Assembly (NCBI GenBank): GCA_963742585.1
Contig: CAVUMI010000003.1
Location: 84,345-148,344 of the forward strand
Length of the DNA stretch: 64,000 nt
Source: an uncultured Actinomycetes bacterium
Lineage (GTDB): Bacteria > Actinomycetota > Acidimicrobiia > Acidimicrobiales > JACDEA01
Reading direction: 5' to 3'
The notes beneath the pieces were generated by a model. That model ran no database searches, had not been told where the DNA came from, and saw only the letters and a list, made by a program, of their open reading frames with translations. This document shows positions 40,401 to 49,000 of the stretch, piece after piece. Both the position numbers and the translations under genes were made by a program. The stretch's first letter is position 1. Each line of letters starts with the position of its first letter.

Positions 40401-41024
40401 CTACCGGGCGCGTGAGAAGTACCGAATAGGCGGCGGCAACTTGTAGCCGCCGCCCATCACCACGCGGCGGGCGATGGCGAGGCTGCGACCTTCCAACGGC
40501 CCGGCGCCGGCCGCGTCGACAACGCGGTTGATCACATGGAACAGCACGCTGATGTGCACGGCCTCATCCAGTGCCGCGTCGGTGACGCGCGCGGCGCGCA
40601 CCGCCGCGACATCATCCACGCCCACATCATCAGGCGCGTCCGCCAGCTTGCCCAGGAACACGAGTGCGGCCGCCACCTCAGGCCGCACCGGTGCAGTTGC
40701 CGGCGCGTCGAGCGCAGCGGCCACCGCCTCATCGCCTTCGATCGACGCGGCGAACGACTGATGCGCCGTCGTGCAGAACTGACATTGGTTGCGCGACGAG
40801 GTGAACGCGGCGAACAACTCGCGCTCGCCGACCGTCCACGCCGACGGTCCCCGCATGACGTCCTGCACGAGTGCGTGATACGGCGTGCCGAAGTAGAGGT
40901 GGCGGTAGCTGGCGATCCTGATCACCGCGGGCACCTCGGTGCGAGCGATGCGGCGCATGAGCCCGAGCGTCAGCCGCGTCGGCAGATCATGGCCGGAGTC
41001 GAAGATGCGCAAGCGCAAGCCCAC
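40401..41024 (-). CDS. AhpD-like / carboxymuconolactone decarboxylase family protein
   Basis: SSRNQCQFCTTAH (NxCxxCxxxH-type motif). Confidence 0.65.
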   Translation of the reverse strand: MGLRLRIFDSGHDLPTRLTLGLMRRIARTEVPAVIRIASYRHLYFGTPYHALVQDVMRGPSAWTVGERELFAAFTSSRNQCQFCTTAHQSFAASIEGDEAVAAALDAPATAPVRPEVAAALVFLGKLADAPDDVGVDDVAAVRAARVTDAALDEAVHISVLFHVINRVVDAAGAGPLEGRSLAIARRVVMGGGYKLPPPIRYFSRAR

Positions 41025-41025
41025 G

Positions 41026-41334
41026 TCAGTCCCCTCCCATGGCGCGCCGCGTGATCCGCAGACGCCGCTCGCCCGCAGCCATTGCGGCCACGACGGTTGC
41101 TTCGAAGATCTCGTCCTCGCTTAAGCCGGCGCGTTTGAGGTCGTCGATCTGGCCGTCGGTCACGCGATACGCGTGGCGCACGACCGTGTCGACGAAGCCG
41201 GCCAGGCGTTCGGGAACGTCACCCGCTCCGTCGAACACCGCCCGGCGGACGGCCGGATCGAGCTGACCGGGCCCATCGACCACCTGGCTGACGAGCTGGT
41301 CCCAATTCCGCTGCCGCGCCTCGGCGTTGCTCAC
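41026..41334 (-). CDS. CMD/AhpD-like small protein lacking the Cys motif
   Basis: The GTG at 41332-41334 is preferred because the longer start at 41367 would overlap the divergent gene. LSEDEIFEATVVAAMAAG helix pattern. Confidence 0.5.
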   Translation of the reverse strand: MSNAEARQRNWDQLVSQVVDGPGQLDPAVRRAVFDGAGDVPERLAGFVDTVVRHAYRVTDGQIDDLKRAGLSEDEIFEATVVAAMAAGERRLRITRRAMGGD

Positions 41335-41352
41335 TCGCCTCGATGCTATGAC

Positions 41353-42372
41353 GTGAGCGTGACCCACGAACCCGAGCTGACCGAACCGGTCGACCTGTGC
41401 ACGGCCGACGGCGACCGGCTGAATCCCGCGGCCCGCGGGTGGTCACGCCGGCCGTTGCACCGGGCCAACCTCGACGGCCGCTTCGGGACGAACAAGCGCT
41501 GGGACTACTGGGCCATCCTGGCCGGCGACCTCGTTGTCTCCGCGGTGTATTCGAACGTCGACTACGTCGGCTTGGCCGACGTGTGGTGGTGTGATCTCGT
41601 CACCGGCGAACGCGGCGGGTGGGGGACGATCGTGCCCGCCGCCGAGGGCTTCAACCTTCCTGAGCTTCCGGGGACGGCGCCGCTCATCGTCAAGCACGGC
41701 GGCCTGGATCTGACGATCACCGACGACGAGGTCGGCACCCACCTCGAAGCGACCTGGACCGAGCGCGACGGCCGCAAGGGCAGCCTTGCGGTCACCGTTG
41801 CGCTGCCCGCCGGACACGAGTCGCTCAACGTGGTGATCCCGTGGAGCGACGAGCTGTTCAACTTCACCTCGAAGCACCAGGCCCGTCCGGCGACCGGCGA
41901 ACTGGTGGTGGGCGAGCGGCGGTGGGAGATCGGCGACGCGTGGGGCGTGCTCGATGTCGGCCGCGGCCGGTGGCCGGCCGAGATCACGTGGAACTGGGGC
42001 GGCGGTGCGGGTGTTGCCCACGGCCATGTCGTCGGTCTGCAGGTCGGCGCCAAGTGGACCGAGGGCACCGGCCTCACCGAGAACGGGCTGATCGTCGACG
42101 GCCGGCTCAGCAAGCTCGGGCACGAGCTCACGTGGGATTACGACTGGGACAACCCGATGCAGCCGTGGCACGTGGTCGACCCCGGCGGGCAGCTCGATAT
42201 GGTGCTGACGCCGCGCTTCGACAAGCACACCAAAGCGGCGGGCCGCAAGCGGGGGAGCGAGACCCATCAGGTGTTCGGCACGTGGTCGGGGCAACTTATG
42301 ACCGACGACGGGCTCGCCCTCGACTTCGAGAATCTCCAGGGTTTCGCCGAGGAGGCCCGCCAGAACTGGTGA
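41353..42372 (+). CDS. DUF2804 family protein
   Basis: DRLNPAARGWSRRPLHRANLDGRFGTNKRWDYWAI matches the DUF2804 N-terminal pattern as I remember it. GTG at 41353 or 41359. Confidence 0.65.
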   Translation: MSVTHEPELTEPVDLCTADGDRLNPAARGWSRRPLHRANLDGRFGTNKRWDYWAILAGDLVVSAVYSNVDYVGLADVWWCDLVTGERGGWGTIVPAAEGFNLPELPGTAPLIVKHGGLDLTITDDEVGTHLEATWTERDGRKGSLAVTVALPAGHESLNVVIPWSDELFNFTSKHQARPATGELVVGERRWEIGDAWGVLDVGRGRWPAEITWNWGGGAGVAHGHVVGLQVGAKWTEGTGLTENGLIVDGRLSKLGHELTWDYDWDNPMQPWHVVDPGGQLDMVLTPRFDKHTKAAGRKRGSETHQVFGTWSGQLMTDDGLALDFENLQGFAEEARQNW

Positions 42373-42373
42373 C

Positions 42374-43567
42374 CTAGGCGATCGCCGCGTAGCTGGTGGT
42401 CCAGAAGTCGGCGATGGTCGTCGTGCCCTGCGGTGACTCGAAGGCTTGGTTGGTGAGGATGATGCCGACGAGGTTCTCGATGGGGTCGTTGGCCCACGAC
42501 GAGCCGAGCCCGCCGTCCCACCCGTAGGAGCCGACCGTCCGCGCCGGCGCGGTGCGGCTCACCTGCACGCCGACGCCGAAGCCCCATCCCAGCGCGCCGG
42601 TCGGATCAGGGCCCGAGGCGGCGCGCTGCTCGTCGGTGAGGTGGTCGACCGTCATCGCTTCGATCGAGGCGCGCGACAGGATGCGTTCGCCGCCGCCAGT
42701 GCCGCGGTTGCGGAGCATGTCGGCAAACGAGAAGAAGTCGTCGACTGTTGACACCAACCCACCGCCGGCTGAGGGGAACGAGGGTGGCGTGGCCCACTGT
42801 CCGTCGGCCGGGTCGTACAGCTCCCGGCCGGTGGGGGTGGGCATGTAGGCGGCACCGAACCGGTCTAGTGACGCGGCGGGGACCGAAAAGCCGGTGTCGT
42901 TCATACCGAGCGGTTCGAAAATTCGCTGGCGGAGGAATGTGTCGAGCGGCTGGCCGGCGGCTCGGGCGATCAACACACCGAGCACGTCGCTGCCGAGGTG
43001 GTAGAGCCACCGTTCGCCCGGTTGGTATTCGAGCGGCACGGTCCCGAGCAGCCGGATCCACTCGTCGGGCGAGGGCGGTCCCTGCGGCGTGGGCGGGCCG
43101 CTGCCCAGACCGAGCGCGCCGAGGGCGTTGAGCACGGGCTGCTGGCCCCAGCGGGTGAAGTCCATGCCGATGCCGAGGCGGAACGTGAGCAGGTCGCGCA
43201 GCGTGATCGGGCGGACGGCGGGCACGGTTTCGTCGATCGGGCCGTCGGGGTTGACCAGCACCTGGCGGTCGGCCAGTTCGGGCAGGAAGTCGTCGACCGG
43301 GTCATCGAGACGGACGACGCATTCCTCGACCAGGATCAGCGCGGCGACCGCGCTGACCGGCTTGGTCATCGAGGCGATGCGGAAGATCGTGTCGCGGGCG
43401 ACCGCGCTACCGCCGCCGTCTTCGGTCGTGCCGGCCACGCCGACCTCGACCTGACGGCCGCGGGACAACAGCCAGGCCAGGCCAGGCACGCGGCCGCCCT
43501 CAACGTGGCGCTCAAGCGTCTCGTGCACCCGAGTCAGGCCCGCCTTGTCGAAACCATTCTCGCTCAC
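42374..43567 (-). CDS. serine hydrolase, beta-lactamase/PBP4* fold
   Basis: FRIASMTKPVSAVAALILVEE (SxxK). Confidence 0.8.
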   Translation of the reverse strand: MSENGFDKAGLTRVHETLERHVEGGRVPGLAWLLSRGRQVEVGVAGTTEDGGGSAVARDTIFRIASMTKPVSAVAALILVEECVVRLDDPVDDFLPELADRQVLVNPDGPIDETVPAVRPITLRDLLTFRLGIGMDFTRWGQQPVLNALGALGLGSGPPTPQGPPSPDEWIRLLGTVPLEYQPGERWLYHLGSDVLGVLIARAAGQPLDTFLRQRIFEPLGMNDTGFSVPAASLDRFGAAYMPTPTGRELYDPADGQWATPPSFPSAGGGLVSTVDDFFSFADMLRNRGTGGGERILSRASIEAMTVDHLTDEQRAASGPDPTGALGWGFGVGVQVSRTAPARTVGSYGWDGGLGSSWANDPIENLVGIILTNQAFESPQGTTTIADFWTTSYAAIA

Positions 43568-43651
43568 GGCGTCTCCTTCTCTCTGTATCTCTCTCTACCG
43601 AACTGTTCCGACTCCGGCCGGGTTCTGAACTAATCGCTGGTCACCGGTAGC

Positions 43652-46600
43652 GTGCGGAGAATGGCGCTCAGGACGACATCGGTGCTGGTGGCCGACCGGG
43701 CCGATGCCGACGCGATCGCCGCGCACAACGGCACCGTCGTTGAGCACGCCGGTGATGGCGTCATGGCCACCTTCGCGTCAGCCGCCGACGCGGTGACTGC
43801 CGCCGTCGCAATTCAGCGGGCTGCGCACGAGCGCGACATCGCGGCGCGGGTCGGTGTATCGGTGGGTGAGGTGAGCACCGAGGCCGACGGCACCATGGCC
43901 GGCGCGCCGCTCATCGAGGCGGTCCGGCTGTCCGCGACCGCGCTGCCGGCCGAGATCCTCGCTGGGCAGACCGTGCGCGAGTTGGCCCGAGCCCGTGGGG
44001 GCTTCACCTACGAGCCGATGGGCGATCTCGAGCTGGCCGACATCGCCGAGGCGGTGCCGGCCTGCCGAGTGATGTGGGAACCGCTGGCCGCGCCGGGTAA
44101 GAGCGGCGCGCTCCCATTCCCCGAGCCGCTGGTTGGCGGCTTTACCACTGCCTACGTCGGCCGGAGCGCGTTGCTCGAGGGCATCACCGCGCGGTGGCAA
44201 CGCGCGCAGGCCGGCGAGGCCGGCGCGGTGCTGCTGGCCGGCGAACCGGGCGTGGGCAAGACGCGCACCGCCGCCGAAGTGGCTCGCGCCGCCCACCGTG
44301 ACGGCGCGCTCGTGCTCTACGGCCGGTGCGACGAGGACCTCGGCGTTCCCTACCAACCGTTCGTCGACGCGCTCGAGGCGTACACGTCGGTCGACGGCGA
44401 GGTCGGGCCGCTCGGTCGTCTCCCTGGCGAGCTGACCCGGCTTTTGCCCGCGCTGAGGGCGCGCATCGCCGCGCTGCCCGCGCCGGTGGTCACCGATCCC
44501 GCGTCGGAGAAGCACCGGCTCTTCGAGGCGGTCGCGTCCTGGCTCATCGACGCGGCGGCCGAGCGAGGCCTCGCTCTCGTCCTCGACGACCTGCACTGGG
44601 CCACCAAGCCGACGTTGCTGCTCACCCTCCATCTGCTGCGCGCCGCGGCCGCCGCCGAGGCGCGGTTGCTGGTGGTCATCACCTATCGCGACACCGACAT
44701 CGACCGCGCCCATCCGCTCTCCAACGTGCTGGCCGATCTGCGCCAGGTGCCCGGCGTCGAGCGCACGCCGGTGGAGAACCTCAGCGCGGCCGAGGTCGTC
44801 GCGCTGATGGAGGCCAGCGCGGGCCACGCCATGGCCGAGGCCGGGCTCGCCCTCGGCGCTGCGGTGTACGCCGAAACCGAGGGCAACGCGTTCTTCGTCA
44901 CCGAAGTGCTGCGCCATCTGGTCGAGACCGGCGGCATTCGTCGCACTGACGACCGCTGGATCCCGAGGGCCGACGTCGCGACGATCACCATCCCCGAAGG
45001 CGTACGCGACGTCGTGGGCCGGCGGCTCACTCGTTTGTCGTCCACCGCCAACGAAGTGCTCAGCCTCGCCTCGGTGCAGGGGCGCGAAGCCGACGTCGAT
45101 GTGCTCGTCGCGCTGAGCGACCACGGCGAAGAAGGTGTGCTCGACGCGCTCGATGAAGCGGTGCGCACCCGTCTGGTCGAGGAAACCGGCGCCGACCGCT
45201 TCCGCTTCGCCCATGCGCTGGTGCGCACGACGTTGTACGAGGAGCTGTCCGCCGCACGCCGCCGGCGCCTGCACCGCCAGGTTGCCGACGTGTTGGAGCG
45301 GTTGCGACCGTACGACGTCGTCGCGCTCGCATACCACCACGCCGAGGGCGGCGACGTCGCTCGCGCCGTGCACTACGGACTGGCTGCGGCGGAGGAGGCA
45401 CTGGAGGCCCGCGCCTTCGCCGACGCGGAGGACCGTTTCCGCCACGTGCTCGATCTGCTCGAGGACGTCGAGGATGTCGACCCGGCCACGCGTGTCGCCG
45501 CGCTGGTCGGGCTGGGCGAGAGCCAGCGCGACCAGGGCAACCAGGGATTCCGCGAGACGCTGCTCGACGCGTCGCGCCAAGCGCACCAGTTGGGTAACAC
45601 GGCGCTGCTTGTGCGCGCGGTGCTGGCCAACAGCCGCGGCATGGTCAGCATCGTGGGCGGGCGCGACAGCGAGCGGGTCGAGTTCATCGAACTGGCCCTT
45701 GACGCAGTCGATACCGCGCCGTCGCCTGACCGCGCCCGCCTGCTCGCGCAGCTGGCGTCGGAGGTCATGTTCGAGGGCGATCACGCGCGCCGGCTGGCCT
45801 TGTGCGACGAGGCCGAAGCAATGGCGCGCGAGGTGGAGGACAAGGCAGTCCTGGCGTGGGTGCTGGCCCGCACCGGTTACGCCGCGGTGGTGCCGTCGCG
45901 CGGGGAGCAGCTGCTGGCCCGCACGCAGGAGGGGACGCAGCTCGCCGACGCGACCGGCGACCCGTCGCTGCGGGTGTATGCCCGCGCCCTCTATTCGGGT
46001 GCACTGCTCTTTGCCGGCCGGATCGAAGAGGCGCTCGAAGTCAACGACACGATGGTTGCTATCGGCGACGCCGAGTGCGCGCCGACTGAGCGGTGGGTGG
46101 CCCACATCAACGCGCTGCCGTCGACGCTGGTGCGCGAGGGTGTGGTTGCCGCCGCGCAGCGCAACGACGAGATCCTTGCGATGGGCCAAGAGGCGGGGGA
46201 GATCGACGCGCTCCAGTGGTGGGCCGCCCCAGCCTCGGGCTTCTACTGGCTCATGGCGCAGGGCGGCGACATCGCCGATGCCGCCGGCGTGTTCGCGCAG
46301 CAATACAGCGGCACGGTGTGGCTCACCGGATGGGCGTGCATGCTCATCGACGGCGATCGCCATGACGAGGCCCGCGCTGTCGTCGACGCGCACGGGTTGC
46401 GATCCGATGCGCTGGAGGACTTCTCCATGCCGCTGGTCGGCACCCAGCAGCTGGCGTTGCTGGCATACGACCTCGACGACGTCGAGATCGCCCGCCTGGT
46501 CGCCCCCGTCCTCGAGAAGTATCTGGGCTGCTGGGCGAACTACTTCCTGTTCCCGCTGTCGCCGGTGCAGTGGGGCCTCGGCGTCGTGATGTCCGTGCTC

Positions 46601-46837
46601 GGTGAGCACGATCGCGCCGTGTCGCTCCTCGAAGAAACGCTCGCTGTCGTCCTCAAGGTCGGCATGCACGACCACGCCGCCCAGTGCCGCGTCGGGCTGG
46701 CGCGTGTCCTGCGCAAGCGCGACGCCCCCGGCGACGCGGGGCGCGCGCATGACCTGCTCGTCGAGGCCCGCGCCCACGCCGAGTCCATCCCCGCCCCCCG
46801 CCTCGTCGCCCGCATCGACACCCTGCTCGCGCCGTAA
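43652..46837 (+). CDS. AAA_16/STAND ATPase-TPR protein with a truncated cyclase-homology N-domain (intact paralog)
   Basis: 1061 aa. AGDGVMATF..VGVSVGEV, FTYEPMGDLEL, Walker A GEPGVGKTR (~44239-44268), Walker B LALVLDDLHWA, C-terminal helical/TPR-like repeats. No LuxR HTH seen. Confidence 0.85.
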   Translation: MRRMALRTTSVLVADRADADAIAAHNGTVVEHAGDGVMATFASAADAVTAAVAIQRAAHERDIAARVGVSVGEVSTEADGTMAGAPLIEAVRLSATALPAEILAGQTVRELARARGGFTYEPMGDLELADIAEAVPACRVMWEPLAAPGKSGALPFPEPLVGGFTTAYVGRSALLEGITARWQRAQAGEAGAVLLAGEPGVGKTRTAAEVARAAHRDGALVLYGRCDEDLGVPYQPFVDALEAYTSVDGEVGPLGRLPGELTRLLPALRARIAALPAPVVTDPASEKHRLFEAVASWLIDAAAERGLALVLDDLHWATKPTLLLTLHLLRAAAAAEARLLVVITYRDTDIDRAHPLSNVLADLRQVPGVERTPVENLSAAEVVALMEASAGHAMAEAGLALGAAVYAETEGNAFFVTEVLRHLVETGGIRRTDDRWIPRADVATITIPEGVRDVVGRRLTRLSSTANEVLSLASVQGREADVDVLVALSDHGEEGVLDALDEAVRTRLVEETGADRFRFAHALVRTTLYEELSAARRRRLHRQVADVLERLRPYDVVALAYHHAEGGDVARAVHYGLAAAEEALEARAFADAEDRFRHVLDLLEDVEDVDPATRVAALVGLGESQRDQGNQGFRETLLDASRQAHQLGNTALLVRAVLANSRGMVSIVGGRDSERVEFIELALDAVDTAPSPDRARLLAQLASEVMFEGDHARRLALCDEAEAMAREVEDKAVLAWVLARTGYAAVVPSRGEQLLARTQEGTQLADATGDPSLRVYARALYSGALLFAGRIEEALEVNDTMVAIGDAECAPTERWVAHINALPSTLVREGVVAAAQRNDEILAMGQEAGEIDALQWWAAPASGFYWLMAQGGDIADAAGVFAQQYSGTVWLTGWACMLIDGDRHDEARAVVDAHGLRSDALEDFSMPLVGTQQLALLAYDLDDVEIARLVAPVLEKYLGCWANYFLFPLSPVQWGLGVVMSVLGEHDRAVSLLEETLAVVLKVGMHDHAAQCRVGLARVLRKRDAPGDAGRAHDLLVEARAHAESIPAPRLVARIDTLLAP

Positions 46838-46892
46838 GCCCCCCATGCTCCGGGCGAACTGGCAGTTCGCAGCGCGCAGCAGTGGTGATCCG

Positions 46893-47258
46893 TTAGGCCA
46901 GCGGGATCATCACGAGGCTCGCCGGGTGTTTGCGGATACGCGTGATGTGGCCCCGGCCGGTCGTGTCCTCGACCAGACCGAACTGTCCGGGCCCGAGCGT
47001 GCGGGTCTCGCCGTCGCTGGTCTCGGCCTCGAGCTCGCCTTCGAGGACGATGACGAACTGGCGCGCCGGCGCACAGTGCGGCTCCATCTCGTTGATCTCC
47101 TCGGGCGCGGTGATGAAGATCGCCGCCGACACCGGCTGCGGCGCCGATGCCAGCACCTGCGGGATGTTCGCACCGATGCTCCGCAACTCTTGATCGAGCT
47201 CGCCCTCTTCGAACTTTGATCCACCGTCTTCGGTCGCAACGACCTTCATGAAGCGCAT
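46893..47258 (-). CDS. cupin-fold small protein
   Basis: 121 aa. MEPHCAPARQFVIVLEGELEAETSDGETRTLGPGQF beta-barrel pattern. Confidence 0.5.
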   Translation of the reverse strand: MRFMKVVATEDGGSKFEEGELDQELRSIGANIPQVLASAPQPVSAAIFITAPEEINEMEPHCAPARQFVIVLEGELEAETSDGETRTLGPGQFGLVEDTTGRGHITRIRKHPASLVMIPLA

Positions 47259-47280
47259 GCCTGCACGCTAGAGGGCGGGC

Positions 47281-47718
47281 TCAGCCGGCGAGGAGTTGGA
47301 GGGCCAGCAGCGACGCGATGCACGCGAGGCAGAACAGGTGCTCGCGCAAGATCATCCGCGCCGCGGCGAACTGGTCGGCGGAGGAGTCGGTCTGCGCGCC
47401 GAGCCGGACGGCGCGCCCGACGGTGCGAGTCGCCGCGGTGCCGATCGCGACGACGGCGAGGACGAGCGACGTGATCGCCACCCACTGCGGGACGGCGTCG
47501 CCGACGACCTCGGCGACGAGCCCGGCGAGCGTCGCCACCATCACCAACGCGATCACGCGGTTCATCGGCCGAGCCTCGGTGGTCACCCGGCGGTAGTAGC
47601 GGGCGATCGAGTCGACGTCGCCAGCGCTCCGGCCGCGCCACACCTGCACGTCGAACATCAAGTCGAACCACAGCACTGCGAGCAGGAACCCGGCTCCGGC
47701 ACTCACGGTGGCTCGCAT
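47281..47718 (-). CDS. hypothetical membrane protein (4 TM)
   Basis: 145 aa with four hydrophobic segments. No family recognised. Confidence 0.5.
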   Translation of the reverse strand: MRATVSAGAGFLLAVLWFDLMFDVQVWRGRSAGDVDSIARYYRRVTTEARPMNRVIALVMVATLAGLVAEVVGDAVPQWVAITSLVLAVVAIGTAATRTVGRAVRLGAQTDSSADQFAAARMILREHLFCLACIASLLALQLLAG

Positions 47719-47726
47719 CAGCGGCA

Positions 47727-48008
47727 GTGTCGCATCATGGAGCGATGACCGGCGAGCAGAACATCTTCAGCTACGCCGACGCGGCGGCCGCAGCAGACAG
47801 CGATGCCGGCGCACTCAAGCGACTTCAGCGTCGCGATCTCCTCAGCTCACCCACCGAACGGGGCAGCCGTCCGGCAAGCGACGACGTGCGCCAGACCAAG
47901 CAGGCCATCGCGATCGATGTCGACCGCCGAGGTGCCGTGACGGCCGAACCTGGTGCGCATGCCGTGTACGACCCCGCCCCGTTGCTCAAGGGACTCGGCC
48001 TGTTGTGA
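47727..48008 (+). CDS. hypothetical protein
   Basis: 93-aa ORF (ATG alternative at 47745) with G/C-rich third positions. No motif recognised. Confidence 0.3.
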   Translation: MSHHGAMTGEQNIFSYADAAAAADSDAGALKRLQRRDLLSSPTERGSRPASDDVRQTKQAIAIDVDRRGAVTAEPGAHAVYDPAPLLKGLGLL

Positions 48009-48045
48009 CGTGACCTATTCGGGTTCAGATGTAGGCCCTCACGAC

Positions 48046-48089
48046 GTGTCGGTGCTTTTGTCTACGGGAACAGCCAAAAGCACCGACAC
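48046..48089. repeat. palindromic repeat, GTGTCGGTG...CACCGACAC family, copy 4
   Basis: gtgtcggtgcttttg (48046-48060) pairs with caaaagcaccgacac (48075-48089), a 15-bp perfect stem. Confidence 0.8.
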
Positions 48090-48120
48090 ATGTATCAGCC
48101 AGACACGCGAGGCTGAACGG

Positions 48121-48933
48121 ATGGCCGGCACGCTGCTGACGGCGGCGGCCGAGCGACTCGGCGTGACCGTCGACAAGGTCTTCATCGATCACCACGAGCG
48201 CGCCGTGTTCCGCAGCGGCGACACCGTGGTGAAGGTGGAGGTGCGCACGGCCAAGCGCGACGCCGAAGTCGTCGCCCTCCGCGCCGCGGCGGCCGCCGGC
48301 CTGCCGGTTCCGCGCATTCTGCACGTCGACGACGGGCCGCCGCCGCTGCTGGTGCTCGAGTACTGCCCGGGCACCCCGCTCGTCGACGTCGATGACCCGC
48401 GAGCCTGGCGAGCGGCGGGTGAGGTATTGCGGGCGCTGCACGACCTGCCGATCCCACCTGGCCTCGCGAAGTTCGACTTCCGAGAGCCTGACTGGCGGCG
48501 CTTCATCCTGTGGTGGGTCGATTACGAATGCGGCATTGCCCCGCTGCGCGCCGACGTACTCGAGCGCCTCCGCACGCGGATGGTCGACGTGTTCGCCGCC
48601 ATGCCCGAGCCGCAGCCTGTGTTCATGCACGGCGACTGCGCCCCGGCCCACTTCCTGATCGACGAGGCGACCAGCCAGGTCACCGCGATGATCGACTTCG
48701 GTGACGCCGGCTCGGGCGACCCCGCCTACGAGTTGGCCGTGCTCACGCTGTGGCGTAGCGACCGCATCGACGCAGTCCTGGCCGGCTACCGCCCCGACGA
48801 CGAGCGCTCGCTAATCGCCCTTCTTGCCCCATACCGCTTACTCCGCCACCTCGGCGCGGCAACGTGGCTGATGCAGCACGGTTTCGATCCCACCGCCGAC
48901 CTGGTCGAGGTTGTCCGACGTAGCAAACAGTGA
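48121..48933 (+). CDS. aminoglycoside/choline-kinase-like phosphotransferase (APH family)
   Basis: ATG at 48121. VVKVEV, VFMHGDCAPAHFLID, AMIDFGDAGSGDPAYELA. Confidence 0.8.
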   Translation: MAGTLLTAAAERLGVTVDKVFIDHHERAVFRSGDTVVKVEVRTAKRDAEVVALRAAAAAGLPVPRILHVDDGPPPLLVLEYCPGTPLVDVDDPRAWRAAGEVLRALHDLPIPPGLAKFDFREPDWRRFILWWVDYECGIAPLRADVLERLRTRMVDVFAAMPEPQPVFMHGDCAPAHFLIDEATSQVTAMIDFGDAGSGDPAYELAVLTLWRSDRIDAVLAGYRPDDERSLIALLAPYRLLRHLGAATWLMQHGFDPTADLVEVVRRSKQ

Positions 48934-49000
48934 TGGACTTCACCTTGCGGTAGTGACAGCGGTCACGGTCCGGTGGCGGCGGAAGGCGGAGGTTGGCGAC

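Noticed and set aside
10908-48089. Possibility that the GTGTCGGTG palindromes form a CRISPR array
   Set aside because: The copies are 7-19 kb apart, each is internally palindromic, and there is no regular repeat-spacer periodicity and no cas gene.
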